A stretch of 64,000 bases of DNA from Candidatus Bathyarchaeota archaeon (GCA_963775465.1 CAVZIW010000001.1:256001-320000), one strand, 5' to 3'. Counted from the first letter of the stretch, positions 46,479-58,823 are shown. The notes: generated by a model from the sequence alone, not told the origin. Numbers and translations: made by a program.

Positions 46479-46669
46479 TCTCTCAACAGTTAAGCATCGA
46501 AGAAATCATAGGCCGCATAATTTTACAGAGCTATTTAGTCAAGGCAGAATTATTTCCTTCAACCACATGCTCACTGATTCAAGATAACCAGAAGACATTT
46601 TATTCCATAAGTTTTCCCTTCTTTCAATTACGACCGCGCTAGACAAATCGGATTAAATTAACCCTACTT

Positions 46670-46873
46670 CTATAAAGTGCTTTTAATTTGTCCCGTAATG
46701 CTCTTGACTGTTTCTTCGCATACCTCTGGTTTCCAGGTGCATATGCCTTCGATTACTTCATCAAGATAATGGGCTAACTCTTCGCTTTTCACGTCGTTTG
46801 CGCAGTTAACTTTGTACATAATTTTATCGTTTTTTCTGCTAACAGTTATTTCTACAAGTACATCTTTATCCAT
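46670..46873 (-). CDS. hypothetical protein
   Basis: 67 aa with GAGG SD upstream. Confidence 0.55.
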   Translation of the reverse strand: MDKDVLVEITVSRKNDKIMYKVNCANDVKSEELAHYLDEVIEGICTWKPEVCEETVKSITGQIKSTL

Positions 46874-47476
46874 TCTTTGCCCTCAAAAACTAATCTGAGA
46901 GGTATTAATTTAAGTCTTTCAGATATTTTGGTCAAGAAAAAGCTGATTGAATAAAAATAGAGTTGACGTGAGTTACCCGCCTTGACAAATGCTCTCAGCA
47001 TTTTAAGTTTTCTAATTTCGCAAAGGCTTCCAGTAGGCACTCTTTCTAACCGATTGCATTTTGAAAAGTTGTTTTAAATCAAAAACTTAGCATGTATATG
47101 TAAATGTTATAAAGCTTTATTAGCAAAATTAATTGCAAATAAAAAGTATGGTTGAAAAAGCTAAATCTTTGGCAATCGCTTTTTTTCCTTTCGCAATTCT
47201 ATTTCTCCTAGTTGGTTGGCCTCTTTATTTTGTAGGCTCAAACAAACGAATAAGTGGTTTTGCGAAAAAGAAACTAAGCAGATAGGAAAAAGCCTAAGCT
47301 CCCAAAAAATAATAGTCATTTTGCAGTTGCCACCTTTTGTTATTTGAAGTTTAACCAGAAAGATAGTAGAATTATCTTAGATCTCTTTCGGCACCATAGA
47401 AAAGTATATGCCATTTTCTAGAATAAGTGTTAAATAGTTCGCTGATAGCGCTAGAATAACAACCTGAGGATTCCAG

Positions 47477-47923
47477 ATGGAGCTACCAGAAGAAAAGGAA
47501 TCTCCGAAAACCAGCACTTTCGAGTCTAAAGCCCAAGCCCAAAAAAAATTAGTCGAGGAGCTTAAGGCTCAGTGGAAACTCTTATGGAGCGAAAGGTTTG
47601 AAGACAAAGTTAGAGCAGAAGGGATTTCAATCGATGAGTACATCGCTTTATCTGTTGAGCAAGGCACCGTAATCCACGCAACAAAAGACTTCAAAGCTCT
47701 AAACTTTAAAGAAATCTTACAAAAACACCTAATAGAAAACCCTGATCGCTACGTTGCGCCCGACGTTAATGTAGGCGGTTGGAAAAAATTCATAAAAACA
47801 GAGATCAATCACAACAATCAACATGGAAAAAACTGTGCACCTAATTCGGGAGACAAAAAAGTTCGAAAAAGAACTAGCCAGCAATCAAAGAAGGGAGGAC
47901 GCGGCTGGCTACATACAACTTAA
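47477..47923 (+). CDS. hypothetical protein
   Basis: 148 aa with GAGGA SD and basic tail ending GGRGWLH. Confidence 0.8.
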   Translation: MELPEEKESPKTSTFESKAQAQKKLVEELKAQWKLLWSERFEDKVRAEGISIDEYIALSVEQGTVIHATKDFKALNFKEILQKHLIENPDRYVAPDVNVGGWKKFIKTEINHNNQHGKNCAPNSGDKKVRKRTSQQSKKGGRGWLHTT

Positions 47924-48023
47924 CATCTCCCCATTCAGATACAATTATTGGACCCGCACAAAATTTCTATGAAAGAGCGTCAAAGGATCAAATCACCTCA
48001 AATTCTTTATCAATATTTGAATT

Positions 48024-48428
48024 TTAAACTCTGATGAGGGTGATCATATTGCTCCCAACAACTGCCGTTAACAAAAGAGTCGTCATCGAGTACCCTCCAT
48101 TTAAGAAATGTTTTGTTAAACACCAGTCGTTGCCTTTTTGATTTGTCATACAAAATGCCTTATAGAAAGCTAAGCCTGCAAAAGTTGTGGCTGCAAATTT
48201 CACGGTGCTAAAAGTATCATGTTTGTGTTTGTTAACCCTGTTAAGAGTGGGGTTAGTTCAGTTGCGCCAAAGAGAAGAATGCCGATTGCTGTTGTTAGCC
48301 AATCAACTGTGCCTAAAAGCATGATGCTTACAAAGATTAGAAACTCTTTTTTCGGCATTTTTCTTGCTCTCGTTCGATGAGATTAATGGTTGTTTGACTA
48401 CTTGTGTGTTCGATATGTTGTTTGTCAT
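48024..48428 (-). CDS. DUF5658-like small membrane protein, split by two frameshifts
   Basis: Joined frames read FLIFVSIMLLGTVDWLTTAIGILLFGATELTPLL..STVKFAA..LLLTAVVGSNMITLIRV (DxxTT..G..ExxP..K..N pattern). Confidence 0.55.
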
Positions 48429-48663
48429 TACTGTTTTGCTCTTGTACAAGTAGTTTGTTAGTTTTATGTTTATTTTAATTTTTTGTAGTGCAATATTTGC
48501 GTTTTTTGTGTTTGTTATGTTGTTTTTGTGTTGAACAAAAGTCAGGTATTGTTTGATTTGTTGCATTTGTGATGTACGAGTGATGCCGCGTAACTCGTAT
48601 GCAATAATGTTTATTAAGTCTTAATATAACACTTACTTTTCGTGGGCAAAAGAGGGACACAAA

Positions 48664-49116
48664 ATGATCTCAACAAAAACCACCAAACTAATAGTAATCG
48701 CACTAACAGTAACCGCACTAACGCTAGCGGCCACAACACTTGCAGCAATCAACATAAACAGAGATATACCATCCTCAGGTTCAGTCATAACCACTCCAGA
48801 CATCAACATCTACTCAAATATTGATTGCACAGAAAACCTCACAAGCATCGACTGGGGATCAATTGAAGCTGGATGCAACACTACACAAACCATATACGTA
48901 AAAAATACGGGAACAGCAACATTGACCTTGAGCTTAACTACAAACAACTGGACCCCAGTTGAAGCAGACGGTTGTATCACCATTTCTTGGGATGGAGAAG
49001 AAACTCAACTCGATCCAGGACAATCAACCCCTGCAGAATTGACCCTGATTGTAGCGTCAGACATAACAGACATAACAAATTTCAGCAACAGCATTACCAT
49101 CTCAGGAACCACATAA
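48664..49116 (+). CDS. secreted single Ig-like-domain protein
   Basis: Signal-like N-terminus, IDWGSI..IYVKNTG..LDPGQS..LTL. Oligo-T downstream. Confidence 0.85.
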   Translation: MISTKTTKLIVIALTVTALTLAATTLAAININRDIPSSGSVITTPDINIYSNIDCTENLTSIDWGSIEAGCNTTQTIYVKNTGTATLTLSLTTNNWTPVEADGCITISWDGEETQLDPGQSTPAELTLIVASDITDITNFSNSITISGTT

Positions 49117-49418
49117 ACCCATTCTTTTTTAAATCAGCTCATTCTTGAGTAGTTTCCAGTCTTTTTTGTAAAGAACCAGAGAGGCATCTTTCAGTATTTG
49201 TGAGGTAAGCCAATAGCAAAATTATTTTCATTTGAATAAGAATTATTGTTAGTTGATAAGACATTGTTTTTTCGATTATTCAAAATTTTCAGAGGTTAGT
49301 TTATCTTTTGCCAGAGGAGTTGGCTTTTGATATTTTAGTTTTCGATGTATTGCAAATATTGCAATGTCGTTTATATGCACTCGCGATAAAGACGATTAAA
49401 GAAAACGGTGAAGCGAAA

Positions 49419-50183
49419 ATGGAGTTAGAATTAGGAAAAGGCGCAAATGAAAGCTATTCGGTGGATGTTGTAATTGCAGCCTTAAACGAAGAGGTAGGAA
49501 TAGGCTTAACGGTCGATGAAATGTTACAGAATATTAGACCAAAAAGAGTCTTGGTAATCGACGGCCATAGCTGTGATCGAACGGTAGAAGTTGCAAAAGA
49601 CATGGGAGCAACAATCCTATTTCAAGACGGCATCGGAAAAGGAGACGCTATAGCAAAAGCTATCAACAATCTAGATCTAGATGTCGATTACATCGTGGTA
49701 ACAGATGCAGACTACACTTATCCTGCAGAGTTTGTACCCGAAATGATTCGCATTTTAGAGCAAAATCCAAAAGTGGGAATGGTTTGTGGAAACAGGTTTA
49801 GCCCACAGACTGAGGAAAAAATTTTTCGCGGAGTCTTCTATTTAGGCAACAAGTTGATAGCACTTTCTCACAACCTTTTAAACGGAGTCAGGTTAGAAGA
49901 TCCCTTAACTGGGTTGAGAGTGATCCGTTCAAGTGTTCTGCGAAATTGGAAAGTTCTGTCCAAAGGTTTTGACATTGAAGTTGAGCTAAATCAATGGGTA
50001 GAAAGGTCAGGCTATGAAATAAGAGAAATACCAATCAAGTACAGAAAAAGAATTGGTGAAAAGAAGCTAAAGATATCTGATGGAGCAACTATATTTAAAA
50101 GAATCCTGCAAAACCAAACCAGCTTGGAAGATCAAGCACACAAACCTCACTACCTTAATAAACGCGAATATTTCAATAAATAA
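49419..50183 (+). CDS. GT2 glycosyltransferase (DPM1-like)
   Basis: VVIAALNEE, IDGHSCDRT, GKGDA, TDADYTY, GFDIEVE. GGTGA SD before ATG 49419. Confidence 0.92.
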   Translation: MELELGKGANESYSVDVVIAALNEEVGIGLTVDEMLQNIRPKRVLVIDGHSCDRTVEVAKDMGATILFQDGIGKGDAIAKAINNLDLDVDYIVVTDADYTYPAEFVPEMIRILEQNPKVGMVCGNRFSPQTEEKIFRGVFYLGNKLIALSHNLLNGVRLEDPLTGLRVIRSSVLRNWKVLSKGFDIEVELNQWVERSGYEIREIPIKYRKRIGEKKLKISDGATIFKRILQNQTSLEDQAHKPHYLNKREYFNK

Positions 50184-50390
50184 AACTATGGAACTTAATT
50201 TTAGACCTTAACCATATTATTTTGCCAATTTTTCAATAGATTTAACATTACAAAGAGAGATTTACTTTTGTTTGGTCTATTCTATCCATGCTTTCAACAA
50301 CGCTAAAGGAGAATATTGTAGGACTGCTGATAAAGCCTCGCAGACACTAAAGAGATACCTTTAATTTTTTCACAAAGGAAAAAAAACAAA

Positions 50391-51017
50391 TCAATTTTTC
50401 TTTTTTAAGAAGTCCTTTTCACCATTGAACCACTTAACTAAATCAAGATATTTTCCGTATTTTCGATTGCGAGTTAAGTCAGAGACAGACGGCTCTCCAT
50501 AATAATCTTCAACGAAAACCACCCATTTATAGTTGGTTCTTGGCTTAGAGGAAAAAAAAATTTTATTTTCAAATGGTAGCTTATCGTATCTCTCAAGCAG
50601 ATCCTCCCGAAATTCCTCTGGCTCCGTATCTGAAAAAAGGATGAACAAATTATTGTAATTTATGCGTAATAGACGGCGATTCCATTGTTCAAGTGCTTCG
50701 GCCTCATTAATGTAATGCAAGAAATGAACCTCAACATCACCTCCTAAAATACCGATAGGATAATTTCGCTTGAGAGCCGTTTGGATCTTTTGAACGGATA
50801 TATGTGTAGATACGGTTGTAAATTTAAGAGGTTGCTTGAGGTACCATTCGAGGTTTTCTAAAAACTTTATGTACTCTTCTGGGAAGAAGAAGACACCTAT
50901 TGTTGGAGAAGAGAACTGCAAACCAAACTTGTGATACATGCCAATCAAATAACAATTATTGCCGATAATTGAAAAATTTGTGTTTTTAAGTTTTGATCGC
51001 TCAAATCTAGAAAACAA
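50391..51017 (-). CDS. DUF1919 family protein (polysaccharide biosynthesis-associated)
   Basis: FSIIGNNC, FSSPTIG, YPIGILG, HFLHY, WNRRLLRIN, LPFENK. The frame stays open upstream. Confidence 0.88.
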   Translation of the reverse strand: MFSRFERSKLKNTNFSIIGNNCYLIGMYHKFGLQFSSPTIGVFFFPEEYIKFLENLEWYLKQPLKFTTVSTHISVQKIQTALKRNYPIGILGGDVEVHFLHYINEAEALEQWNRRLLRINYNNLFILFSDTEPEEFREDLLERYDKLPFENKIFFSSKPRTNYKWVVFVEDYYGEPSVSDLTRNRKYGKYLDLVKWFNGEKDFLKKKN

Positions 51018-51467
51018 TCGGTCTGTAATCTGCCATTTAATTAATTCCAGAATTTTGTCGCTTTCTCTTTTAATAAACGCTTTGATTGATATTTTCCCTC
51101 AGAGGAATTTTTGGAGAAATAATAACTGTTAATCCTACTATCCCTTTGATAAAGTTTATCATGATCGCAGTCAGATCGAAGAGCACTCTAGAAATAGATA
51201 CTTGTATACACTCATAATCACATCAAACCACAAAAGCAGCAAGTCGAAAAACAAGCTCTCAAACTGATCAATTTTGTATTAAGGTGTTATAAATGTGCTT
51301 TTAGCTGATGGAAACTGTAGACAACTATTTAGCAGGTTTGGCAGTGGAGTTGAAAACTTTACTAGATATCTTTCGTTTCTCGAGTTACGTTTTGCTGTTT
51401 CAGCGCAAACAACTGATGTATTAGATTTGGATTAAAAAACTACTTGTTGCTTATTTTTATTTTTTAG

Positions 51468-54400
51468 TTACGCATTTTCAGGTTTTCGTTTTAATCGCCT
51501 GACTGCTATTACTGCGTAGATTAGAATGATTTCAGGGATAGCTATGCCAACGGCAAGAACTGGACCAAAGGTTATTGATTGGATTTGAGGTCCTGCAAAT
51601 TGTATTTTCATCTCGTGTGCACTAAAGTCTGTTGTGAACCAAACGTAGAAGGAGTTGGCATCTTGTGTATATCCTTGATTTGTACCCCTTAGACCATCCA
51701 CAAACAGAACAGGGATTGTTCCAAAAGGTATAGCGTTTTTTGGTATAGTCATATTGCAATAGCCCGAGTTGCCGTTTTCACCCGTTAATTTAAAAGATAT
51801 TGTAGTTGTGGCGGAATTATTTGTCGTTATAGCTACACTAGATATCTGCGAGTTTGTTATGTTTCCAACCATTGAAATATAAACTTGTGAGCCGCTCTCG
51901 GTCGTTGCAAATACGTTTGTTTTTAATTGATTGGGCGTAGGTGATGGGGCTGGAGAAGGAGTGATTGAAGGGTTAGATGTCCCCGTGGGAGTTGGTTTTA
52001 CTGTAGGAGAAGCAGTTTGGCCAGGAGAAGGGGTTGATGCAAGCGATACTGTAAAAGAATTACTAACGCCATTTATACCATTATCTGCAGCTGTAATTTG
52101 GGCGTTTGAATTTGCGACTGCCACTATCACTGAAGTTGTGCCTATTCCGTTAACAAACGGATTCATGCTGGTTGGACTAATTGTTCCAGCGGAGTATGTC
52201 AAAGAAGGCGTTCCAACATAATTTGTAACAGTGTTATTGTAGACGTCTTGAGCTGTAACTGTAATGTTAAAGGCAGAGCCAACTGTCTGACCACTGATAT
52301 CACTAATAGCAAAATGGTCAAGAGCACTAGGATTAACTGTGAATGTGCCGCTTGTTCCCGACATTCCGGAGCCAGAAGTTATAAGCCAAATTCCTGAACC
52401 AGCACCGGTTACGGTCACTGAACCGGTCCAAACACCGTTTACGAAGCTGCCAGTTGTAGCTGGACTAATAGTTCCAGTTGAAACATTCAAAATGTTAGTT
52501 CCACTATAGTTCGTAAGCGTATTATTAAATGGGTTTTTTGCTGTAATTGTAATGTTAAAAGGTGTACCTGCGGTCTGAACGCCAACAGAACTGAAAATAA
52601 AATGATCAAGCGGAGCAACATTCACTGCGACAGAAACAGCAGAAGAATTCACTGCTGCACCAGCAGTATCTGTTACTTGAAGAATGAAACTCCAAATACC
52701 AGTGGCTGTAGCACCTGAAGTAATAAAATTAAAACTTGCTGAGTTTGAGCCCACCGCAGCGTAGTTTCCATTAGAGAACTCTTTGGAACCATTGATACGA
52801 ATAAGGTGAGGTGCCTGTAGTAACATTTGTTGAGGTCAAATTGCTGCTTTGACCCTGATTTATCGTGCTTGCTGAAGCAGATATAGTCGGCGCAACCAAA
52901 GCAGGATTCGACGTAACAGATACAGCGTTTGAAGCGCACAGTTATCGGAGTCGAAGCACTATCAGTCACATTAGCAGTAAATCGAATGCGAAGCCCCAGA
53001 GCAGCGTTATAGATTATAAGCCGAAGTCGTCTGACCTGAAACTGCAGAATCATCCAAATACCACTGATAACTAAGGGCACCTGAACCACCAACAACCGTA
53101 GCATTAAACATCTGAATCTGGCCAACATCCATCTTCGAAGCAGCAGCGGGCGCCACACTAACATTTGGGGAGGCATTAACTGTAACAGATGCAGCAGTGG
53201 ATTGAGCAGAAGTCGTACCTAAACTATCAGTAACCGTCACAGTAATCAAGTAAGAACCCGCAGAAACAGCAGAAAAACTAAACGTAGAAGTTGTCTGACC
53301 ACTCTGAAGTGCCCCATTCACATACCACCTGTAAGAAGAATAAAAACCTGACCCACCAGATGCATTAGCCGTAAAAGTCTTAGACGGTTGACCAACATCC
53401 ATAACCCAAGAAGCAGGCAACACAACCACAGTCGGAACTGCTGCATTAACAGTAACCGTCACTGGGTTAGAAGTCTTCATGACCGAAACGGCGTCAGTAA
53501 CCTGAAGTTCAAAACTCCAGCCACCAGTAGATGTTGAAATCGAAGTAACAAAAGAATAGCTAGATGAAGTCGCACCACTAATCGTCGAGTAGGAACCCGC
53601 ATTAGGAGCCTTTGAAAACCACTGATACGTATAAGGAGAAGTACCCGTAGAAACATTAGTAGAAAACAAATTACTAGTTCTGACCCTGGGTAATCGGGGA
53701 GGGAAAAGCAGACACAGTCGGAGCAACCAAAGCAGGATTCACCGTAACAGACACAGAGTTTGAGCGCACAGTTATCGGAGTCGAAGCACTATCAGTCACA
53801 TTAACATAAATCGAATGCGAAGACCCCAGAGCAGCGTTATAATAATAAGCCGAAGTCGTCTGACCTGAAACTGCAGAACCATCCAAATACCACTGATAAC
53901 TAAGGGCACCTGAACCACCAACAACCGTAGCATTAAACATCTGAATCTGGCCAACATCCATCTTCAAAGCAGCAGCAGGCGCCACACTAACATTTGGGAA
54001 GGCATTAACAGTAACAGATGCAGCAGTGGATTGAGCAGAAGTCGTACCTAAACTATCAGTAACCGTCACAGTAATCAAGTAAGAACCCGCAGAAACAGCA
54101 GAAAAACTAAACGTAGAAGTTGTCTGACCACTCTGAAGTGCCCCATTCACATACCACCTGTAAGAAGAATAAAAACCTGACCCACCAGATGCATTAGCCG
54201 TAAAAGTCTTAGACGGTTGACCAACATCCATAACCCAAGAAGCAGGCAACACAACCACAACCAGAGGAGCTTGTACTGTAAAAGCAGCAAGACCTATATT
54301 GTTGTTGAGGTCTGTTGCAGAAATAGAGTGACTCCCAACCGCCGCAACCGGAATGGTGATGTTAGCAACAAAAGAGCCAAAAATATCAGCAGTCACTTGA

Positions 54401-54624
54401 CTCGGTGTAGTAGTCAGTGTTGTGCCATCAAATTTTATTGTTATTGATGATCCGGAAGCAAAACCGCTCAAGAAGGCAGCTGAAACGGTAACTGTGTCAC
54501 CAACATAACCAAAATTTGTACTTAGACTTATGGTCGCAGTGGCAGCCTTTGCTGGCATAGTCACGAATACTCCTATTGACAGCAAAACAAGAATTACACT
54601 CAGCAGGATTGATAATTTCTTCAT
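51468..54624 (-). CDS. large Ig/PKD-repeat cell-surface protein, split by several frameshifts
   Basis: Signal peptide, tandem YxYQW-type Ig repeats, S/P/T linker, TM + RRLKRKP. ORFs 53674-54624, 53007-53726 and 51468-52826 are consecutive parts of one protein. Confidence 0.8.
52880..54259. repeat. ~550-bp near-identical direct repeat within the Ig-repeat gene (offset 829 nt)
   Basis: ~52880-53430 versus ~53710-54259, encoding VVVLPASWVMDVGQPSK...ALVAPT twice. Confidence 0.9.
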
Positions 54625-54853
54625 TTTTAATCATTCTAGTTTTTCTATTTCAGATACATTTTGAATATTTATCTATAATTTGGAGCTATTATAGTCTTTA
54701 ACCTTTCCTTACTTGCCCTTTTGGATTAGACTAATTAGATGTTGGAGAACTATTAAACTAAATATATATGTGTGTCTAAAAAACTAAGTCATTTAATGAA
54801 TAAATCGACGCAACTTATAAAAATTGAGGTTAAAAGTTTTTTCTATAATCTTA

Positions 54854-55075
54854 TTAAGGTGGAGAGCTGAAGATTATGTTGAATATCGTTATTGCGACAG
54901 TCACTAAGAACATTACGCCGGTTACTATTGCTAAGTCGCGAAGTTTCTTAATATCTGATACCGATGTTTTTTCGCCAAATAAGTGAGGCACAATTTCAGC
55001 GGAAACAAGAAGAAGAATCGCACTAATAGCTAGCAGAAAACTCAAGTCTTCGATACTTAACGGAGGAAATATCAT
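54854..55075 (-). CDS. small two-TM membrane protein
   Basis: 73 aa. ATG directly follows the upstream stop. Confidence 0.75.
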   Translation of the reverse strand: MIFPPLSIEDLSFLLAISAILLLVSAEIVPHLFGEKTSVSDIKKLRDLAIVTGVMFLVTVAITIFNIIFSSPP

Positions 55076-55865
55076 TTAGACTTCTTCCATACGATACTGT
55101 ATAACGAAGGTTTTGGCATCGGAGTCTAATGTATGCTTTTGGATTGTTACGGGTTGATCTGAAGATTTTGCCAAAGCACAAGCGAAAGCGCTTGCTAAAA
55201 TACATCCAACTTGGTCGTGTGTTCGGGGTTGACTAATTCTCGTTTCGTCACAAAGTGTGTTAAAAATGCTGCCAGTTATTTCCATGGTTATTGTTCTATC
55301 CTGGATTTTAACTTAGTGCATCTTCTGCAATTTTTAGATCGAGGAATAGTTTCTTAACCAAACTCTGAAGTTGAGGCAGAGAAATTTTTCTGAAAGACAA
55401 GCCGATTTCGTCTTCAAACATTTCGCAAAGGGCAAGTCCAGGAGGAGTGAAAAACAAACCGGTTTTTGCATCGTTGACCATTTTTGCGGCTGTTTCGCGA
55501 GATGTAGGCAGAGCAGCCCCAGCTTTTTCAGGTACGAAGACGAGACTTGATTCGAAGTTCCGAAGATTTTGAGGAGGCAAGTATATTCCTTTTTCAGTCA
55601 AATTATACTCTATAAGAGCTCGTTCAATATTGGTTCCGCTTGAATTTGCGGCAGCCTTAAGCAACGAAAGAAAGGTACGTTTCGTTGGTGTAAAAAAGAG
55701 AAGTAACATACTCCAGAAAGCTATAGAAACGCCTAGAATAGCCAGAAAGGATGAATCATTAAAAGCTGAGAGCACAACCATTATTACTCCAGTAATCAGA
55801 GCCAGACCTATCATGACGACTGTGATTATGTCTTGATTGACGTTCTTTTTCTTAGTTTTGAGCAT
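55076..55865 (-). CDS. hypothetical membrane protein (frameshift at ~55312)
   Basis: ORFs 55308-55865 and 55076-55285 join via EDAL/VKIQDRTITMEIT. Two N-terminal TMs and a C-terminal C..GC..SA.ACALAK. Confidence 0.75.
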
Positions 55866-56341
55866 TCAGTAACCTTTAGTGCTAGTTTAATTAATATCTT
55901 ATTCTAAAGAATGATAGTTATTAGAATAGGAATTGACGGCTTTTAACTCGTCAAAACAGAGGTAGATTTCTTAAACTTTCAATGATCAAGCGATTCGTCT
56001 CTAATTGGTTTTGTGATTCGATTTTCATTAAGCAGCTTCAAAAACAGCAGCCTTATCGTACAAAAGCTTAGTTATCACTATTCCCGTAGATGCAATGGCA
56101 AGAGTATGTAAAGATTATACAAAGGCCGATTTCAGCATCAGTACGGAAACAAATCTTGAATCTTTCAGATACCGCTCTCGGTTGGCATAATATTTTCTAG
56201 TAACGAACTGTTTCTATCAAGATATATCCCGAATTTGTTTGGCTTCAGAAAAATTTCTCAATTACAGGAAAATACAAAATACGAATAATCTATTGATTCA
56301 TCATGTAAATAATATGCAATAAAAAAAGGAAAAGAGCTGGT

Positions 56342-58519
56342 TTACTTGCCCAGCTTTGGCTTTTTTATTATTAGATACACCACTATCACAACTATAATTA
56401 TGGCGATTACAATTGCTATTCCAATTAAAGCCTCTGCAGATAACCCTTCGTTAGTTGGTTCTGGTGTTGGCGAAGATGTTGCTGTAGTCGATGGTGTAGG
56501 TGAAGCTGTTGCTGTTGACGAGGGAGTTGCTGTTGGTGTTGCTATGGGAGTGGGTGTAGGTGTAGGAGTTGATGATACAGGGGGGTTGGTCCAAGTTACG
56601 CTTACTGTGTTGGCTGTAAAAGTAACGAGTTCTCCAGTAACAACATCGTACAAAGATGAAACTCCATATGTGCGTTGGACAGCTGCGCTTTCTGTGTCTT
56701 GGAAGCTGGCTACCGCGTTCTCCTGGAACAAAGATCCTCCTTTAGTTACATTAGCTAAGTAATTGCTGAAAGGCAAACCATTCTTCATAACACTCAGGCT
56801 TATAGTTACTGTATTTAGTCTAAGAAGGCTAGAGGGACTTGCAGATAAAGTGACCTGATATGTGCTTGCAGCCCAAACTACGTTCAGTGTATTAGTCGAA
56901 AAAGTAACGTTCTCACCGGTAACCGCATCATACAAAGACGAAACATTATACGCATGTGTAACAGCATGAAGGTCCATATCAGTAAAGCTTGCTGTCCGGT
57001 TATTTAGGAACAATGATCCATCCTTAGATACGTTAGCTAAGTAATTGCTGAAAGGCAAACCATTCTTCATAACACTCAAAGTAACGTTCACTGTATCTTC
57101 TTGAGTTAGACCAGTCTGATTAGCCGACAAAGTAACACCGTAAACACTTGCAGCCCAAACTACGTTCAGTGTATTAGTCGAAAAAGTAACGTTCTCACCG
57201 GTAACCGCATCATACAAAGACGAAACATTATACGCATGTGTAACAGCATGAAGGTCCATATCAGTAAAGCTTGCTGTCCGGTTATTTAGGAACAATGATC
57301 CATCCTTAGATACGTTAGCTAAGTAATTGCTGAAAGGCAAACCATTCTTCATAACACTCAAAGTAACGTTCACTGTATCTTCTTGAGTTAGACCAGTCTG
57401 ATTAGCCGACAAAGTAACACCGTAATTACTCAATGCGAAATCGACTTGGTTTCCAGCTGCCCAGTTATTTGAAGTGTCATTTGCATAAAATCTTGCAGAG
57501 ACTATAGTTCCAGGAGTGTTATTCCAGTTGCCCATTAACGTTGCTGTGTAGTTTGTGCTTCCTTGTGCATCTATGGCTGTTTGGTTGACCCAGGTGCCTG
57601 TATTATTCCAGCTTGGGATGATGTAGTCAATTCCAAAATCGTCAGTTATCGAGCTGCTTAGTGTAACAGGTGCGCCAATGGATTGTGAAGTTGCAGTTAT
57701 TGGTCCAATTGCTGGGGCTGTGAAATCTCTTGGTCCTATCCTGGAAGAATCTGAGACTATTACGCTATCAGAGTATATGTGAGTTGGAGCGGGATAGCTT
57801 GTTCCAAATATATATCCGCCAAAAAATACGGCGCCTATAGGATTTGCATCATTCACAAGATTTGGGAGGTCTATGGTTGGTGAAGACTGGGTAATATTAG
57901 TTAAGTCTTCAGCTATCCAAACGGATACCTGCCCGGTGCCTGAGCCTGATTTAACCATAATTTCGATATAATACCAAGTATCAGTTTTTATGTTAGCTGG
58001 AGATGAGTATGCAATTTCATCGCTTCCATTATAGTATTTAACCCTCCAAAGGTAATTTGACGAATCACTCCGTATTCCTATTGTTCCTAAATGATGCCCT
58101 GAACCGATAACATCCATTATACCGAAAAGGTCAGTTTCAGTTCCAGCCGGCGGCAAATCAGAGACTCTTATGTATTCTCTATGATAAATTGTAGTCGGAA
58201 GAGGTGAAGTTAAATTTGTATAAGCAAACGCATAAGTACCATTTGTGCCGTCCAGCGCACAATCTGCAGAGTAGTTACCTGCGAAGACGATAGAAGTGTT
58301 TGAAGTTATTTGCATTGAGCTTGGACTCCAAATTTCAGTGCCACTCCAATTTGAGAAAGTTCCTGTTTCATAGTCATCTGTGAAGACAGTAGCGGCAAAG
58401 ACTCCTTGCTGTGGTAAAAATATTAGAGTACTAGCTAAAATTGAAATAACTAGAATAATCGCGATTGTATCTTTGGTTTTCAATTTGAACACCTGATATC
58501 TTGTCATTGAATTATCCAT
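56342..58519 (-). CDS. cell-surface glycoprotein: lectin/LamG-like N-domain, three ~94-aa repeats, P/T linker, TM anchor
   Basis: Signal peptide, FTDDYETGTFSNW..DTWYYIEI, many NxS/T sequons, TM + KKPK. Confidence 0.9.
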   Translation of the reverse strand: MDNSMTRYQVFKLKTKDTIAIILVISILASTLIFLPQQGVFAATVFTDDYETGTFSNWSGTEIWSPSSMQITSNTSIVFAGNYSADCALDGTNGTYAFAYTNLTSPLPTTIYHREYIRVSDLPPAGTETDLFGIMDVIGSGHHLGTIGIRSDSSNYLWRVKYYNGSDEIAYSSPANIKTDTWYYIEIMVKSGSGTGQVSVWIAEDLTNITQSSPTIDLPNLVNDANPIGAVFFGGYIFGTSYPAPTHIYSDSVIVSDSSRIGPRDFTAPAIGPITATSQSIGAPVTLSSSITDDFGIDYIIPSWNNTGTWVNQTAIDAQGSTNYTATLMGNWNNTPGTIVSARFYANDTSNNWAAGNQVDFALSNYGVTLSANQTGLTQEDTVNVTLSVMKNGLPFSNYLANVSKDGSLFLNNRTASFTDMDLHAVTHAYNVSSLYDAVTGENVTFSTNTLNVVWAASVYGVTLSANQTGLTQEDTVNVTLSVMKNGLPFSNYLANVSKDGSLFLNNRTASFTDMDLHAVTHAYNVSSLYDAVTGENVTFSTNTLNVVWAASTYQVTLSASPSSLLRLNTVTISLSVMKNGLPFSNYLANVTKGGSLFQENAVASFQDTESAAVQRTYGVSSLYDVVTGELVTFTANTVSVTWTNPPVSSTPTPTPTPIATPTATPSSTATASPTPSTTATSSPTPEPTNEGLSAEALIGIAIVIAIIIVVIVVYLIIKKPKLGK
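56865..57425. repeat. tandem duplication, period 282 nt (two identical 279-bp copies)
   Basis: 56865-57143 = 57147-57425. A diverged third unit lies at ~56590-56864. Confidence 0.93.
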
Positions 58520-58647
58520 ATTTAAGACTTACTCATTTGGAGTAAGCTTTCAGGCAACACCAAATATTTTGGCGAACATGATAATAGGATAGAGGTTTTC
58601 CAGCAAATTTTTCGATTAGACTTAATTCTGGCACTAAATAGAAGAAG

Positions 58648-58823
58648 ACATATCAAAGCCGGAGTCCTTGTGACCTCTCCAATCGGAGGCCGTTACCACC
58701 CACTCATAATTGGACAAGCGACTGCAACTATAGACAACTTATTTCCCGGTAGATTCAAACTTGGTGTCGGCTCTGGAGAAGCAGTAAACGAAAGCAACTT
58801 CTTTGAAAATAGATGGCCAAAAT
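58648..58823 (+). repeat. 176-bp exact copy of an internal segment (59897-60072) of the LLM oxidoreductase gene
   Basis: ACATATCAAAGCCGGAGTCC...GATGGCCAAAAT is present identically at both positions. Confidence 0.95.
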
